NCBI GenBank assembly: GCA_002104945.1
Contig: MCFH01000020.1
Location: 496,001 to 560,000, forward strand
Direction of reading: 5' to 3'
Length of the DNA stretch: 64,000 nt
From: Piromyces finnis finn
Taxonomy: Eukaryota; Fungi; Neocallimastigomycota
Both the position numbers and the translations under genes were made by a program. Below are positions 1 to 20,100 of the stretch, piece by piece. Every line of letters starts with the position of its first letter. The stretch's first letter is position 1. The notes under the pieces were generated by a model, which worked only from the letters and a program-made list of their open reading frames with translations, was not told the DNA's origin and did no database searches.

Positions 1-2536
<2,536 letters not shown>

Positions 2537-3339
2537 ATTTTGATAATTTAATTTAAAAACAACATCATAATATATATATATACAGTTATAATATATTATG
2601 CATTAAAAACAATTTTGGTATTTAATTTATTTCATATAATACTATACTATACAATGCTTAATCATAAATATTTATAAATATTAAACGCATTCATTTCATT
2701 ATCATTTTATTATAGACTAATTTAAATTTTAATTTATCAATATAGTTAATCATTTTTATTTAAATATTTAAATATGGTATAATAAATATTATTAATATTT
2801 TAACATTATAATATTATTATAAAATACTTTTCCATTAATTATTCTTTATATAAATTTTGTATATTTCATTAAATTATTAATAGAAAATAAAACTATATAT
2901 TAAACAAGATTTTCTTATATTAATTTAAAAGTTTTATACTTTTCTTAAAGGGTTATATCTAAAATTATATACTAAATATAATAATATATGAATGATAGAA
3001 TATTGTAATATTAAAATATTCTAAAAAAAAAAAAAAAAAAAAAAAAGAATTTTATTAATATTGATATTCAAATCAATTTATTATATTTTGAATTTTTATT
3101 ATAAAACTAAAGTATTAGAAAAAAAGTTTTTTTATCTCACAAAATTATTTTGATATTATTTGTTTAAAGTTTGATACGAAGTGATACAGACATAAAAGTT
3201 TTATTGAAAGGATTATCTTTATTTCTGAATTTTATTATAAATCCTTGTACTATTTTAATATTATTGTTAAAATAATATGATGTATAAAAATTACAAAAAT
3301 TTCATTTATATATATTTTTAAATTTCCAATTTAAAAATA

Positions 3340-4500
3340 TTTGTATTAATTAAAGTTCAAAAATTTCCTTAAACTTTAAGAATGCTAATAAGTAATGTTT
3401 AATTTCAGGAGAAATAAGGAAAATTATGGAAATTTTAATAACTTAAATTAGTAATGAAAAATCCATAATACTAACTTGATAATGCTTTAAATTTAATTTT
3501 TTTATACTAAATACTTTTCAAAATAACTTATATGTAACTAAAATTAAATTCTTCAATGAATCAAATAATTACTGTAAAGGTTGTGATATAGTTTCATAAC
3601 AAAATAATATTTATTAGGATTTTGAAAATAGTCATTGATGGGATATGTTTAATAAATAAATAAAAATATACATATTCCTTTGTTTATCAAACTATTCAAT
3701 ATCAAAATATAATCGTTAGTAAAAATATATTTTCATAATATTCAAGTTTATGTTTCAAGTACAAATGGTAATTTCCTCCAATTGAATAGTTTAATTATCG
3801 ATCAAATTATAAACTACCAAAGCTTATTGGTGCTTCATTAATTCTAGTCAATACCCATTTAATGAAGATGTTGTTTCATAAGCATTTTTATATAGTAAAT
3901 GTATTAATATTAAGATAAATCTGGTATATACATAAGGGGTCATGATATAGAAATTTCATATTTCATGAAAGTAATTTCGATGTTAGAGTCTGAGGATACA
4001 AGCATGATGCAAATTATGGTTTTTCTAGTAGAAAAGAACCAGATCTTGTATGTTTATTTTCTTTAGTAACATAATGTTGGAAAATCAGGCAATGTGCTAA
4101 TATTATATTTTCTTTAGTAACATAATGTTGGAAAATCAGGCAATGTGCTAATATTAATAGAGATATTTATTCTAACTCTTCAATTGTAATTACTTCTCTT
4201 TTAATTAAAAACCATCTATCAATACAGCCATTATGGAATGATATTAAAACTAATATTGTTAATTTCTTTTATAATATTTACTATATCTAGGGGAAATTAT
4301 ATTATTAATCAAGTTCAATATGTGTATCCAACAAATCTTCACTTTACTTAAATGTGCCAATATACTTTTATGAATGGTATTGTTAAAAATAAATGAACAA
4401 TTTAAATTTGAAATACAATATGTATGATAATATTGCAATTGATTATGAGGTTTTTGATTATTCAATTTACGATAGTTAAGTTTATCACTATTCATGAGAA
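3340..4500 (-). pseudogene. Decayed coding-like relic, possibly a protein kinase or mobile-element remnant
   Basis: More G/C than the flanks, with stop-riddled frames. Minus-strand fragments DYFQNPNKYYFVMKLY, IKL..MDFS and SPEI occur in kinase order but in shifting frames. Confidence 0.2.
4055..4156. repeat. Direct tandem duplication, 51-bp unit x2
   Basis: ctttagtaacataatgttggaaaatcaggcaatgtgctaatatt starts at 4061 and again at 4112 (period 51). Confidence 0.93.
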
Positions 4501-5129
4501 AGATATGATGGAATTAACGTTTTATAATCCTATAGAATTTATATATTTTTTTAATAAAAAAATAAAATTATTAAATATAATATTAAAATAAAAAATATGA
4601 AATATAAAAATCAAAGTATTTATATTGATTTTTTGTAATTCTTTTTTTTTTTTTTTTTTATTTTTTAAACACATACATACAACTTTAAATTTTTGAATAT
4701 TATTATTTATTATTTTATATATTAGATTTTATAATCAAATAATTATATTTTTATTTATTTTCCTTTACTTTGTTTTCTTTAACATTTAAACGTGTACTTA
4801 TATATATATTATTTATTATTATTTATTTTATAACATATTTTTATTTTTTATTTTATATATATATATATATATCATCTTATTTTTAATTTAGTATTTTTTT
4901 TTTATCCTAATATAAAAAGTATATATACTTTTCTTTTTTAATATTTTTAAAAAACAAAAACTAATCGATAGAGAAATATATATTTGGTAAAGCAATTTAA
5001 AAAAAAATAAATACTTAAAAGTGTTAAACGAATTTTTTGTTTTAAACAGTATAAATTTTTATGTTTATTACAAGGAATATATTTATATAGTTAGAAGGGA
5101 ATTTTTTTTATATAAAAATTAAAAGATTT

Positions 5130-8100
5130 TTATTGATAGCTTCTATGATCATGGTGACAATTTGCACAAACATTTTGTTTCCATGGATCATATTTATTTT
5201 CACTACAACCACAGTAATGGCAATTTTTAGCATCACTAATATCTACTAGAGGCTTTGGACCACGTCTTGAATTACTAGATAATGGCGTTTGCATTGCAGT
5301 TTGTGCTGCTTTACGTGAATTGGATACTTGTATTCCATCAAGATTAATTAATGGACCACTCTTTTCCTTTCTACGACCACTTAATGATGGCTTTAATCCT
5401 GTACTTCCTGTACTTTTCCTTGAGATTGATTTATGACGTGCAGCTGAATTTGAATCAATTTGAACTAGTGGTCCGTTGGCTTCCTTTTGTAACTTTTTAC
5501 TTTTTTGAATTTCCATAGCTTTAATTCTCTGTCTATCTTCTAAAAGAGTCTATATTATTAAAAAAAAAGAGATATAATTAAATGTCAATTTTTTATTGAA
5601 AATATTTTTAAATATATATATAATTATTGTTATTTATTAAATATTATAAAGTATAAATATAGTAAATGTAAATAATAATACCTGTTGTCCTCTATAAGCA
5701 TTTACTTTTGGTACTGCAACATTTGGTGAACGAGAGCTGCTTATTCCAGTTCCAGGGCTACTATTTTCTTTTTCGTGTTGTTCTAATACATATTTTTCAG
5801 TCTATTTATTAAATAAAAAAAAAAAAAATATTATAATGCTATACATTTTTAAATTTATTTTTTAAAAAAAGTATTATCTGTATTATTCTGTTTACAATAA
5901 TTTTTAACATATTTATATAAAAATTACCTTTCCTTGTCTTATAGACATAACCCAATCAAATAACGAATTAACATCTGTAGCATATAAATAGTAAATATAC
6001 TTCTTTTTATCTTCAAAGAAATGGATTGGATCTGTGGATTTAATAGCAAATGCGAAATCTGTTGGTGCGTTTGGCATTTGAACTAAGAGGGTATAGACAT
6101 CATAACTAGCAAGATTAACAAGTAAAGTTTCTTGATTATTTTTCTTTTTATAATAAAATAAACCATTTGGACGTAATTCAAATTGTCTTTTATTGTACTT
6201 TCCAGGCTTAGTTTCCATATAAATTTTACCACGAATTGATGGGAATCGGCCAACAGCACTCTGTTATTATTTTATAGAGAATATTTATAAATTATAAATA
6301 AATAATATATATATATAAATATTGTGCACATAATATGTACAACTTACAGATGCTAATAATGACTCATAATAATTATATTGTTTAATAATTAAAGCATTCT
6401 TAGTTCTTTGTATATCCCATGACGTAATAATATCAGTAACAATTTCCCATTCTTTGAGAGGTCTCTCTAAAATATCCCCCGAAAATATATAAAAATTATT
6501 GAAAAATAATAATAGATTTAAATATTAAATTAAAAAAATTGGATATCTATTATATTTCTTTTTCTATTTTTAAGATAATAGAAATTTACCAACACCAAAA
6601 TCATTACAAAGTTCAAATAAAGTCCATTCAGGAGAATCCATAATATTTCTTCTTCTTATTATGTCTTTAATGACTTCCTTAACAGTCATTACTGAGGTTA
6701 ACATAACAGATTCATAGGTTTTAGCATCACCAATATAAATTCTTGTTGTAATCTTTTTTTTTTGTGATAAAATTTTTTTTATTAAAAAAAAAAATATTTT
6801 TTAATACTATTTTGCGTTTTATATTAATATTTATATTATTCTTACTTTCTTTACTGAAGCTTCTGCAAAATCAGATGTAAAATCTTTCTTTGATCTTGCT
6901 AAGAAGTTTTCTTTTGCCTATTATAAATTATGCAATAATATTATTATATTATATGTATTTAATATAAATTCGATTTAGTCTTTTCATTATAAATATTATT
7001 CAAAAACTTACAGTATCTTCATAAATATTTTCTTTGGGTGATTTAATTCCTGGTGATGGTTGACTATACTTTTGAGTTGGAATAGACAAGGTCTTTTTCT
7101 TTTTTTCCATTTTAGGCGTTAAGGATTTTCTACTTGTTGATTTAGATGATTTAATTGGTGATTTTTCTTCTTTATATGATGAAGTTTCTAATTTATTAAA
7201 TTTTTTGTAATGTCTATTTCTTCCTCTTATACCAGATGGTTTTGCTTTTGTATTTCTAAGAGGAAGATTATCATCATCTGTTTCAGATTCTGATGCTTCA
7301 GAACTATCATCCTCTGAAGAACTAAATGAATCAGAGGATTCAGAAAACGTAATATCAGATTCATCTTCATCAAAATCATCTTCATTAAATGCTTTTCTGT
7401 TATGTGAATTAGTTGGAGAACTTTTACGACTACGATAATCATCAACATCATTTTCATACATAAATATATCCTCTTCTTCTTCTTCATATTTACTCTTCCT
7501 ACTTGGGGCTCTACGAGAATTTCTATAACTATATTCATCTTCATTACTTTCATCGTCAGAATAACGTTTTTTATTATTTATTCTTTTTGATCTTCTATCA
7601 CTACGAGGAGAGCCTATTTCATTATTGGAATTATATGATTTTGAATAAATTTCTGGACTAGCTATTGGCGAGTTAAATTTAGAAGATGGTTTTGAAGATG
7701 TTTTATAAGGATTACTCTTTGGTGAAGTATTATAATAATTATTCATCATATTTTCATAGTCATCACGATAAGATAATGGTAAATTTCCTGAATCGCCATC
7801 ATCAAATTCATAGTTTTGAAGTTTTTCAGGTACCTTTATAGAAGGTGCTCTTGATGATGTTTTTGAATTTTCTCTAGGTCTATTATTAATTTGTTGACTT
7901 ATTGTTGAGAGGTGAAGTTTTAATTTATTAGAAGGATTCATGGATGAAATTCTTGAAGGGAATTTTTTCGTTTCAATAGGGGAAGTTGGTACAGAATTTG
8001 AATTAGAAGAATTATCTTTCCAATGATCAACTTCATGTCTGCTACGACTTCTACTTCTACTATATGCTTTACCACTATTATTACTACAATTACTATACTT

Positions 8101-8307
8101 TCTTCTTCCGACTCTATCTGTTTTAGAGGATATTGAATCTTTACTGAAAGAATCTTTTTCCAAAAAATCTTGTGTTTCTTGTAACTCATCTAAAAGATTA
8201 TCAAAATTAGTTGTTAATCTTGTTTGTGTTCTCTGATGATCTACAGATGATTTTCTTGGTACATTTGATGGAGAGCTACGACTACCATCATTATCGGAGA
8301 ATTTCAT
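5130..8307 (-). CDS. Ras-association (RA) plus PH domain protein (MRL/Grb7-like architecture) with a long disordered N-terminus
   Basis: Large low-complexity exon 7000-8307, then exons encoding ITTRIYIGDAKTYESVMLTSVMTVKEVI...EWTLFELCNDFGV/ERPLKEWEIV (RA) and KYNKRQFELRPNGLFYYKK...FAFAIKST...YYLYATDVNSLFDWVMSIRQGK (PH). Last exon ends at TAA 5130. The start may extend upstream of 8307. Confidence 0.75.
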
Positions 8308-11300
8308 ATTAGATAATTCTTTAAGAATTGAATCTTTTAATATTTATTTTTATTTTTTTAAAATACATTTTAATTATTAATAATATTATGAAATATATAT
8401 TGTTTTTGTAAAAAAAAAAAAAAAGAAATATTATATTAATTTATATTCTTTTTTTTAAATTATGATAAAAACTTTCAAATTTTATTGTTTTAATATTTTG
8501 TTTATTACCTAAATTTGACATTTTTATTCTTTATCTTTATAATATATTTGTATATTTTTCTTTAAAATATGATATTGTGATAGTTTTTGCGAATAATTTG
8601 AATTATAAATTTTACTGTTATATTTTTCTTTATCTCGAAAAATATATATTTAAAATATAAGTTATCTTATTTTATTGTGAAATAATAAATAAATTATATT
8701 ATAAAAACACAGAGAGATATTAAAATAATATATATATAATAAACAGTTAATATTACGAATTTAATAATAAATAAATTATTGTTTATTTTCTAAAAATATA
8801 TTCCACACAATCAATTATTTATTTTTTATTTACCTAAATTGAATATAAAATTTATTTTTTATTATTAGTATATCCTTGTATACTTTAAATTTCTGTTGTA
8901 AGATTTTGATACTTTTAAATTAATTTTAAAATATTATTTATTTATTCTTAATAATAGAAATGTTTATTCAATTTTTATTTCTCAATGTATATGAATACGA
9001 GAAATAGCAAAAAGAAAAAAAAAAATACTGGAGGTTTTATATGAAAGAATTAATTTATTTTTTCTTTTTTTCTTTTTTTATTATACTATGTTGTTTCTTT
9101 TCCTTAATATTTAAATTTTTATTCATTTACATACTTCAATCTTCGTTATATTGAAAAATTCCTATTTTTATTTTCAATTCGAAGTATTTAATATCAAACT
9201 ATTGAATTGGTAATTAGTTAATATATTTTATTTTTATTTCTTTTCTATTGCTTTTCTATGCAGTTATTAATTATTGTTTTTTATATAAAGTTTATATATT
9301 ATAAATAATGAAATTTAAATGAGACATATACGCTGTATAATTTACAATAATCGAATCATTATTTAATTAAATATACTAATAAAGTTTTACTTTATTTTTA
9401 TAAATGTTATATTGGTTATTTGTATGTCGATAAATTAAATACAAGGTATAGCAGGCACTTTTCTTTTAAATACACATAATATATATCTACGATTAATCTT
9501 TATTTTTATTATTATTATTATTACTATTATTATTACTATTATTATTACTATTATTATTAATATTATTAATAATTTATTTTACAATTTTCATAGTAAACTT
9601 AAATAAAATATGTTTACAAAATAAAAAAAAGAAGTTTATATATTAATAAAATTTTTATTTATAAGTAATTAAGAAATAAATTTTGAGTACAGAAATTTTA
9701 TAATAAATTTTATATTGTAAATTTTTATATATTAAATGAAAAATTAAAAATGACAAAATAACAATAAAGGTTAAAATGAAGTTATAACATATTTATTACA
9801 ATAAAAATGGCATTACTTCTTTCATCTTCAATACTTTTTATTTTTTATATACTCCAAGTTTATTTAATCAAAAAATTTTAGACGTGTAATAACTTTCATT
9901 TTTGTAATATAATTCTAAATGTACAAAATATATGGTTTATTTTATTTTATTTTACATAAAAGCATTTTATAATATCCATACTTTTTATACTAATGTTGAT
10001 ATTAAATATAATTGAGATAACCTCTTTATTAAACTTTTTTTTAAGACTATTACTATTTATTTAATATAATAAAAACCAAAAGCTTCATTAAAACACCTTT
10101 TTTGACTAAACTTTTAAAATGTAATTTTCCAAAAATAAAATCTATTAATAATTTAGAAGCTATTATTATTAATATATTAACTAATATGATTATTATAGAA
10201 ATAATATATATAGGCAATACATTTTTAAAATAATAGCAATTAAAGTTTGTTATCAAATTAAATTAATTAATATAATATTAAATTCTATTACATAAATTTC
10301 ATAATGTATAATTGTATAATTGGAGTAATTACTAAATATAAATTAAATGATTTAAATATATTACAATATATATATAATATAAATAATATCTAAATTAGTA
10401 TAAATTAAATGTATGTTAATATGTTTTGAAAAATGTTATAATTTTGAATTGACTTAACATCTTTGTTTTTTTCAAAAGATATAAAGTATTAACAATATAA
10501 ATATATATCAATAATTTTATCTATAAAAGTTAAAAGCTACTTAATATATTAATATTTAAAAATAAACAAGAATTGATATATAATAATTGTGATTAATAAT
10601 ATAACTAAGGCTTTTAGGTCATAATTAAAACAGAATTAATATTATATATGTAAAAGGAAATTATTTTAATTACAATATATGATAAAGACTATATTATTAA
10701 TACAATTGTGGATGATTAGAACTTTAAATACTCAAAATATCGATACAAAATATATAAAATAAAAAAAAAAGATTGAATAATCAAGAAATTTCATTGGATA
10801 GATTTAGTTAATTAATTAAAGACTATTCTTATGATGGAATAAATAATAATAAATTTAAAACACTTTTAATATATAAATACGATGATTAAGCCAAACTTTA
10901 ACAAAAACATTGGTCACAATTTACAACTATAAATAATATAAAAATGATGATTATAAAATAAATAAAAATACCTTTGATTACTATTTATTGTATAATAATA
11001 AACTTATAAAAATGTATAAATATAATGAAATATTAATTATAAAAGATATTATTTTTAATAATTACTTTATTAATTATAATATTCATATTCATGTGTCAAG
11101 ATGAATTATAGCAAGATCTTTAAATATATAAAATAATAAAATGTAATTGAAAATAAAATTACAAATATCTTTTTTTTTATAAAAAAACATTAATAATTAC
11201 TAACAAATTTTTATATATTGTTTTTTTAAAAAAAAAAAAAAAAAAAAAAACAGCATTGCTATTATTGAATATTGTAGACGGTCTGATTCCTTTAATTTTT

Positions 11301-12118
11301 GTTTTTGAATCAAAAGATCTTTACTCATTTTAAGATTTTAAGAGAATACTTAAATTTTTGAAACATCAAGGTACATTAAAACAATCATGTATATGTACAA
11401 ACTAGTACAATATTTTTGATAATAAAATAAATTCTGTATTTTTATATGAGCCATTTTTACTTTAAGCCACAGAAATATATTATTATTTTGGAAACTATTA
11501 TTTTACAAATAAATATATGCTTAGTAATCATTAATAAAAAGAAAAGTAAAATTTTGTGGTACAACGCTTATTTAGTGGCTGATTATAATTATTTCATTTA
11601 ATTTATTTAATTGTTGATTTTAATAATTTTGATTACTTTACATATAAAAGATAAAATTTTTTCATATAATATTTATTTATAATAATATTTAAAAATTTGA
11701 CATGTTTCTTTAATTTTTTTTTTCTATTATTATTTTCTTATGAAACAAAAATAAAATTTAAATCTATAAAAATTATATATAGAATCATTATTATAATCAT
11801 TTAAATATATAAATAAAATAAAGAAAAAGTTTCCTTTATTGTTATCATTGTTATTATTTTACTAAATTCATATTTTAATTCAATGTATATTTATATTTTA
11901 ATAAAAAATCTTTAAAAAATAATATTAAAATATTTATTACAAGAAACATATAATTATTACCATTAATTTAATATACCTTAAGATATAATATATATAATAT
12001 TAATATATGTTTAAATCTTTTAAAAAATTATAAAGTACCCATAGTATATGTAAAAATAAGTTGATTATAAAATAATAATAATTATTAAGTCGAAATTTTA
12101 TCGCTCCTTCAATCTATA

Positions 12119-12120
<2 letters not shown>

Positions 12121-12195
<75 letters not shown>
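12121..12195. repeat. (ATT)n microsatellite
   Basis: About 75-bp ATT run with one GTT variant, upstream of the hydrolase-phosphatase gene. A similar ATT/ACT run lies at about 9507-9570. Confidence 0.9.
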
Positions 12196-12198
<3 letters not shown>

Positions 12199-12414
12199 TA
12201 AATAAAAATATAATCTATTAGAATATCATAATATCATATATTATAGAGCTGTGAAGTACCTTGTAAATATATAAAAAGTTTTTTTAAAAGAATAAATAAA
12301 ACAAACATTTAGAATTACAATAATTTAAAAATAAATATAGACAAAATATTATTTTATGTATTTATTAATATTTAAACAATAGTTTTAGAAAACATCATAT
12401 ATATAATATTAAAG

Positions 12415-12827
12415 ATGTGGAAGTTAGTATTAAGTACAGTAGCACCAGCATTAATAATATTCTTTATTAAGAAAAGAATAAAAATACCTGAAGAAAAGAT
12501 ACCTACCTTTGAAGGTATATAATTATTATAATTATTATAATTATTATTATTTTTTTTAATCATTTTTTGCATATATATTTCTTATTGTTTTTTATTTATT
12601 ATTTAGAGGATAAAATTATAAAAAAGAATGAAACTTATATTACTATTAATGGTTTACAACATAGAGTAGTTTATGTTTCACATGTGATGAAAGAAAATGT
12701 ACCAACTATATTATTCATTCATGGTCTTGGTGGACAAGTAATTATTAATAAATTTATTAATTATATTTTTTAATAAAAATGAAATCAATATTAATTATAC
12801 TAAAATAATTACATTCAATTTTTATTG

Positions 12828-12873
<46 letters not shown>

Positions 12874-14671
12874 TATCTCAATGGACAAGTTTAATACAAC
12901 ATTTTTCAAATACTGCCAATGTGTTGGCAATGGAACAAACAGGGAATGGTAAAAGTGAATCATCACCAAAGTAAGTATTTAAAATGAATATTTTATTAAT
13001 AATCAAAAAATAAAATAAGATAATATACAACTTTTAAATTATAAAAAAATAAATATCTTAATATTAATTTTTAATAAAATATTAATTTAATATAATAAAT
13101 AAAATGTTTATACTTGATAGCTATGCCTGTTACAATACAGATGAATTTGTAAGAAATTTAAATCAATTATTGACATACTATCCAAATGATAATTTTGTTT
13201 TAGTAGGTCATTCTTATGGGTGCTGTTTAGCAACACTTCTTGCAGTAAAAGAACAAAACCCAAAAATCAAAACTATCATTTTAATATCACCTGTTTATGG
13301 TATTCCGAAATATCAAGTTTACTTAAAAAAATTAATAAGATTCGTACCAAATGAAATAATTGCATTCACTCGTAAAAAGGATAAAGAAGGTGGTATTCAT
13401 AGTAAGTCTGTCAACCGTTTCATTCATCAAACGGCACCAGACGAATTAAGATATAAACAACTTTGTTGGAATTCCCAATCTACAATTGCTACATTTAAAC
13501 GTACAATTTATGGAATGCGTTTTCCAACACTAGAAGAATATGCATCAATTAAAATACCTGTTCTTCTTATTGGAGGAAAAGATGATCTTATTGCACCAAT
13601 ATCAAATATTACAAAAATTAAGCAGTCAATATCTTCTTCACAACTTCTTGCTGATCCATATATTATACCAAACTCAGGACATCAAACAATTATTGAAAAA
13701 CCTCAATTAGTAGCAGCAATGATTCAAGAATTTGTTATTAATAAAGTTGGATTAACTGATATGGATGCAAAAGTTCAAATTTTAAAAACAGCGGATATGG
13801 ATAAATGGAGTCTTAAGGTAATTTTTATTTATTTATTTATTTATAAGAAATTTATATTTTTAATAAAATATTTAAGAATCTATCAAAGGAGACATTATTA
13901 AATTTATTTTTTTTTTTTTTCTTATAAAATGTTTCAGAATTATGATAAATGGAAGAAAAAAGTATCAGTGTCAGAAGTTATGAGGCCATCTAAATTTAGA
14001 GGAATGAAAGTTATGCGTCAAACTGATGACGAACATTGTCCAAAAATATTTTCAGAGAAGTATCCAAACGTTGGTATGGTTATCGATTTAACAAAAGATA
14101 CACCACCATACGATTTCGTCGATTTGAAATCAAGGAATATCATTTATCGTAAAATTGCTACAGTATCAAAAGTTCCACCACCTCTAAAGATTGTTCGTAC
14201 TTTTATTGATATTGCCAAAGATTTTTGGGATAAATATCCAGATAAGGAAATTGCAGGTATGACCTATTTTCATAATTATTAAATGTATTATTAAATAATA
14301 ATATATTCATTTGTTCAATATTATTTTTATATACTATAATAAATATTTTTATACTCATCATATAATAAAATTTATATCCAATTAGTCCATTGCCATTATG
14401 GAACTAATAGAACAGGTTTCTTAATTGCCTGTTATTTAATAGAAGTTTTAAAAATACCAATTCAAGAGGCAATAGAGATATTCGCAGAATATAGACCAAA
14501 AGGAATAAAGTAATTAAAATAATAAATATAAATAGTCACACAAAATTAAGAATAATAATATTAATTTATTAATTATATTGATAAATAAAAATTAATTATA
14601 GGCACATTCATTTTGTTGATGAGCTTTATTTAAGATATTCAGAATATGAAAAGATTAATAAAAATCAATAG
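12415..14671 (+). CDS. Alpha/beta-hydrolase fused to a DUSP11/RNA-triphosphatase-like cysteine phosphatase, with an N-terminal hydrophobic anchor (512 aa)
   Basis: 7 exons (12415-12514, 12607-12737, 12873-12970, 13121-13817, 13938-14256, 14386-14509, 14602-14671) total 1539 nt in frame. Hydrolase motifs HGLGG, GHSYG, GGKDDLI, SGHQ; phosphatase P-loop VHCHYGTNRTGFLIACYL; N-terminus MWKLVLSTVAPALIIFFIKKR. Confidence 0.88.
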
Positions 14672-15770
14672 AGAAATAATTAAAAAATAATTTTAATTAA
14701 TATAACTATAATTTATTGTAAAGATATATTTCAAACTATGATATAAATAAAAACAAGATAATTATTATATAAACCATGTTAAATTAATGCATAGAACTTC
14801 ATAATATGATTTATTTTTTAAAATGTTATACTGTAACTTTCTTTTTTTTTTTTTTAAATTATATTAAAAATCAATATATTTTTAAATCATAATAAAAATA
14901 AATGACTATTTATCAATATTACTAAATATAATCATTAAAATTATGAGTTATTAATTATTATGATTCAATAAATAGAGCATTTGAACTATTAGGTGTAAAA
15001 CTCTTAAAATATAATAATGGACGATATTATATTTAAAGAATTGAATCATTCAGACAAACAAATAAAAAAATAAATAAATAAATCATAAACAATCTTAATT
15101 ATTAATATTAATACATAATATTAATTATTCTGTTATATGTTGTTTGATCAATAATACTTTAAAAATCAATATCGCTTTTTGTTAATTAAGTTTAATAATG
15201 GTTTAGAATATAGCTATTTTGATCTTATATAGAATACAGAAAATATTTTTAATACATTTATAATATAATAAAATGTAAATTATTAATAAAATTAAAATAA
15301 TCATTTATTAAAAAAAGTTTAATTAATAAGAAATTAAATATATTTATAATTTATATTATAAAAACTTTTTATTATTTAACACAATTAATAAAATAAAATA
15401 AATAATCTAGAGTAACATAGAAAAAGATATAGTCCATCTATTCCATTTTACTTATTTTTATTTACCTTTTTTTTTTTTTAAAACATAAAAAAAGTAAAAA
15501 TAATAATAATAATAATAAAAATATATTGATTTATATCTAATATTTATAAAATAAAATAAACATTTATTTTTTCTCAAATAGAACATTATATGTAAGTAAA
15601 AGTAAATTACAAAATAAATAAAAAAAAAAAAAAAAATAACAATTTAATAGTAATGCTTTTCTTTCTAATATATATATTTTATTATAAATATAATATATAT
15701 ATATTATTATTTTATTATTATTTTCATCAACGGCTTAATTATAAAAGAAAAATATAAGTAATAAAAAAAA

Positions 15771-19191
<3,421 letters not shown>

Positions 19192-19364
19192 ATTTGATTA
19201 GTAATGACAATAGTACTATATAATAATGATTTAATAATTATTGTTGTTACAAACAAACTATAAATCAAATCAATATAACGTAAAATTCATTAAAATTGTT
19301 TATTAACATATTAACATCATTAACATCGCTTTAAAAATAAAAAACAAAAAACAAAAATAATAAC

Positions 19365-19402
<38 letters not shown>

Positions 19403-19795
19403 GCAACTGATAAAAAAATAAAAATAAAAAATAATATAAAATAATAATAATATAAAATAATAATAATAACAACAATAATAATAGCAATGATATTAGCAAA
19501 TAATATATAAATATATAATGTAATAAAATATTACTTTTTTTTATCTTTTTATTATTTTTCTTTTCATATATATATAAATGTCATACACAATTATAATAAA
19601 TAAATGCATATAAAAAATTAGAAAAATAAATTTTAAAAATTAAGATATAAATTTTTAGTCCATTTTATAATTTTAAGATTTACTTTTATGAATTATCTCT
19701 CTTTAAACAGAATCACAAAGATACTATATTAATAATTACTTTTTTCTATATATAATAGTTACTACAAAACTTTGTTTTAGAAATTATATTTCATT

Positions 19796-19835
<40 letters not shown>

Positions 19836-20066
19836 TACATAATAATTACTAATATTTAATATTTATTTTATACATTTTCGTTCTTTTTTTTTTTTTTTTT
19901 TTTTCTTATATAATATATATAAGATAAAGTAAATCGATTAAAAATAATAGAGTAAAAAGGAAATTAGGAGAAAAAAAAATAAATTTCCCCCCTTTGAATA
20001 ATACTACTAATGAATAACTATTTAATAAAAAAAAATTAGTAAAAAAAAAAAATTTAAACTGAAAAT

Positions 20067-20094
<28 letters not shown>

Positions 20095-20100
<6 letters not shown>

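Noticed and set aside
7227-8189. Overlapping and antisense ORFs within real exons (also 21697-22085, 35127-35475, 42334-42639 and others)
   Set aside because: Shadow frames of low-complexity coding sequence with no motifs of their own.
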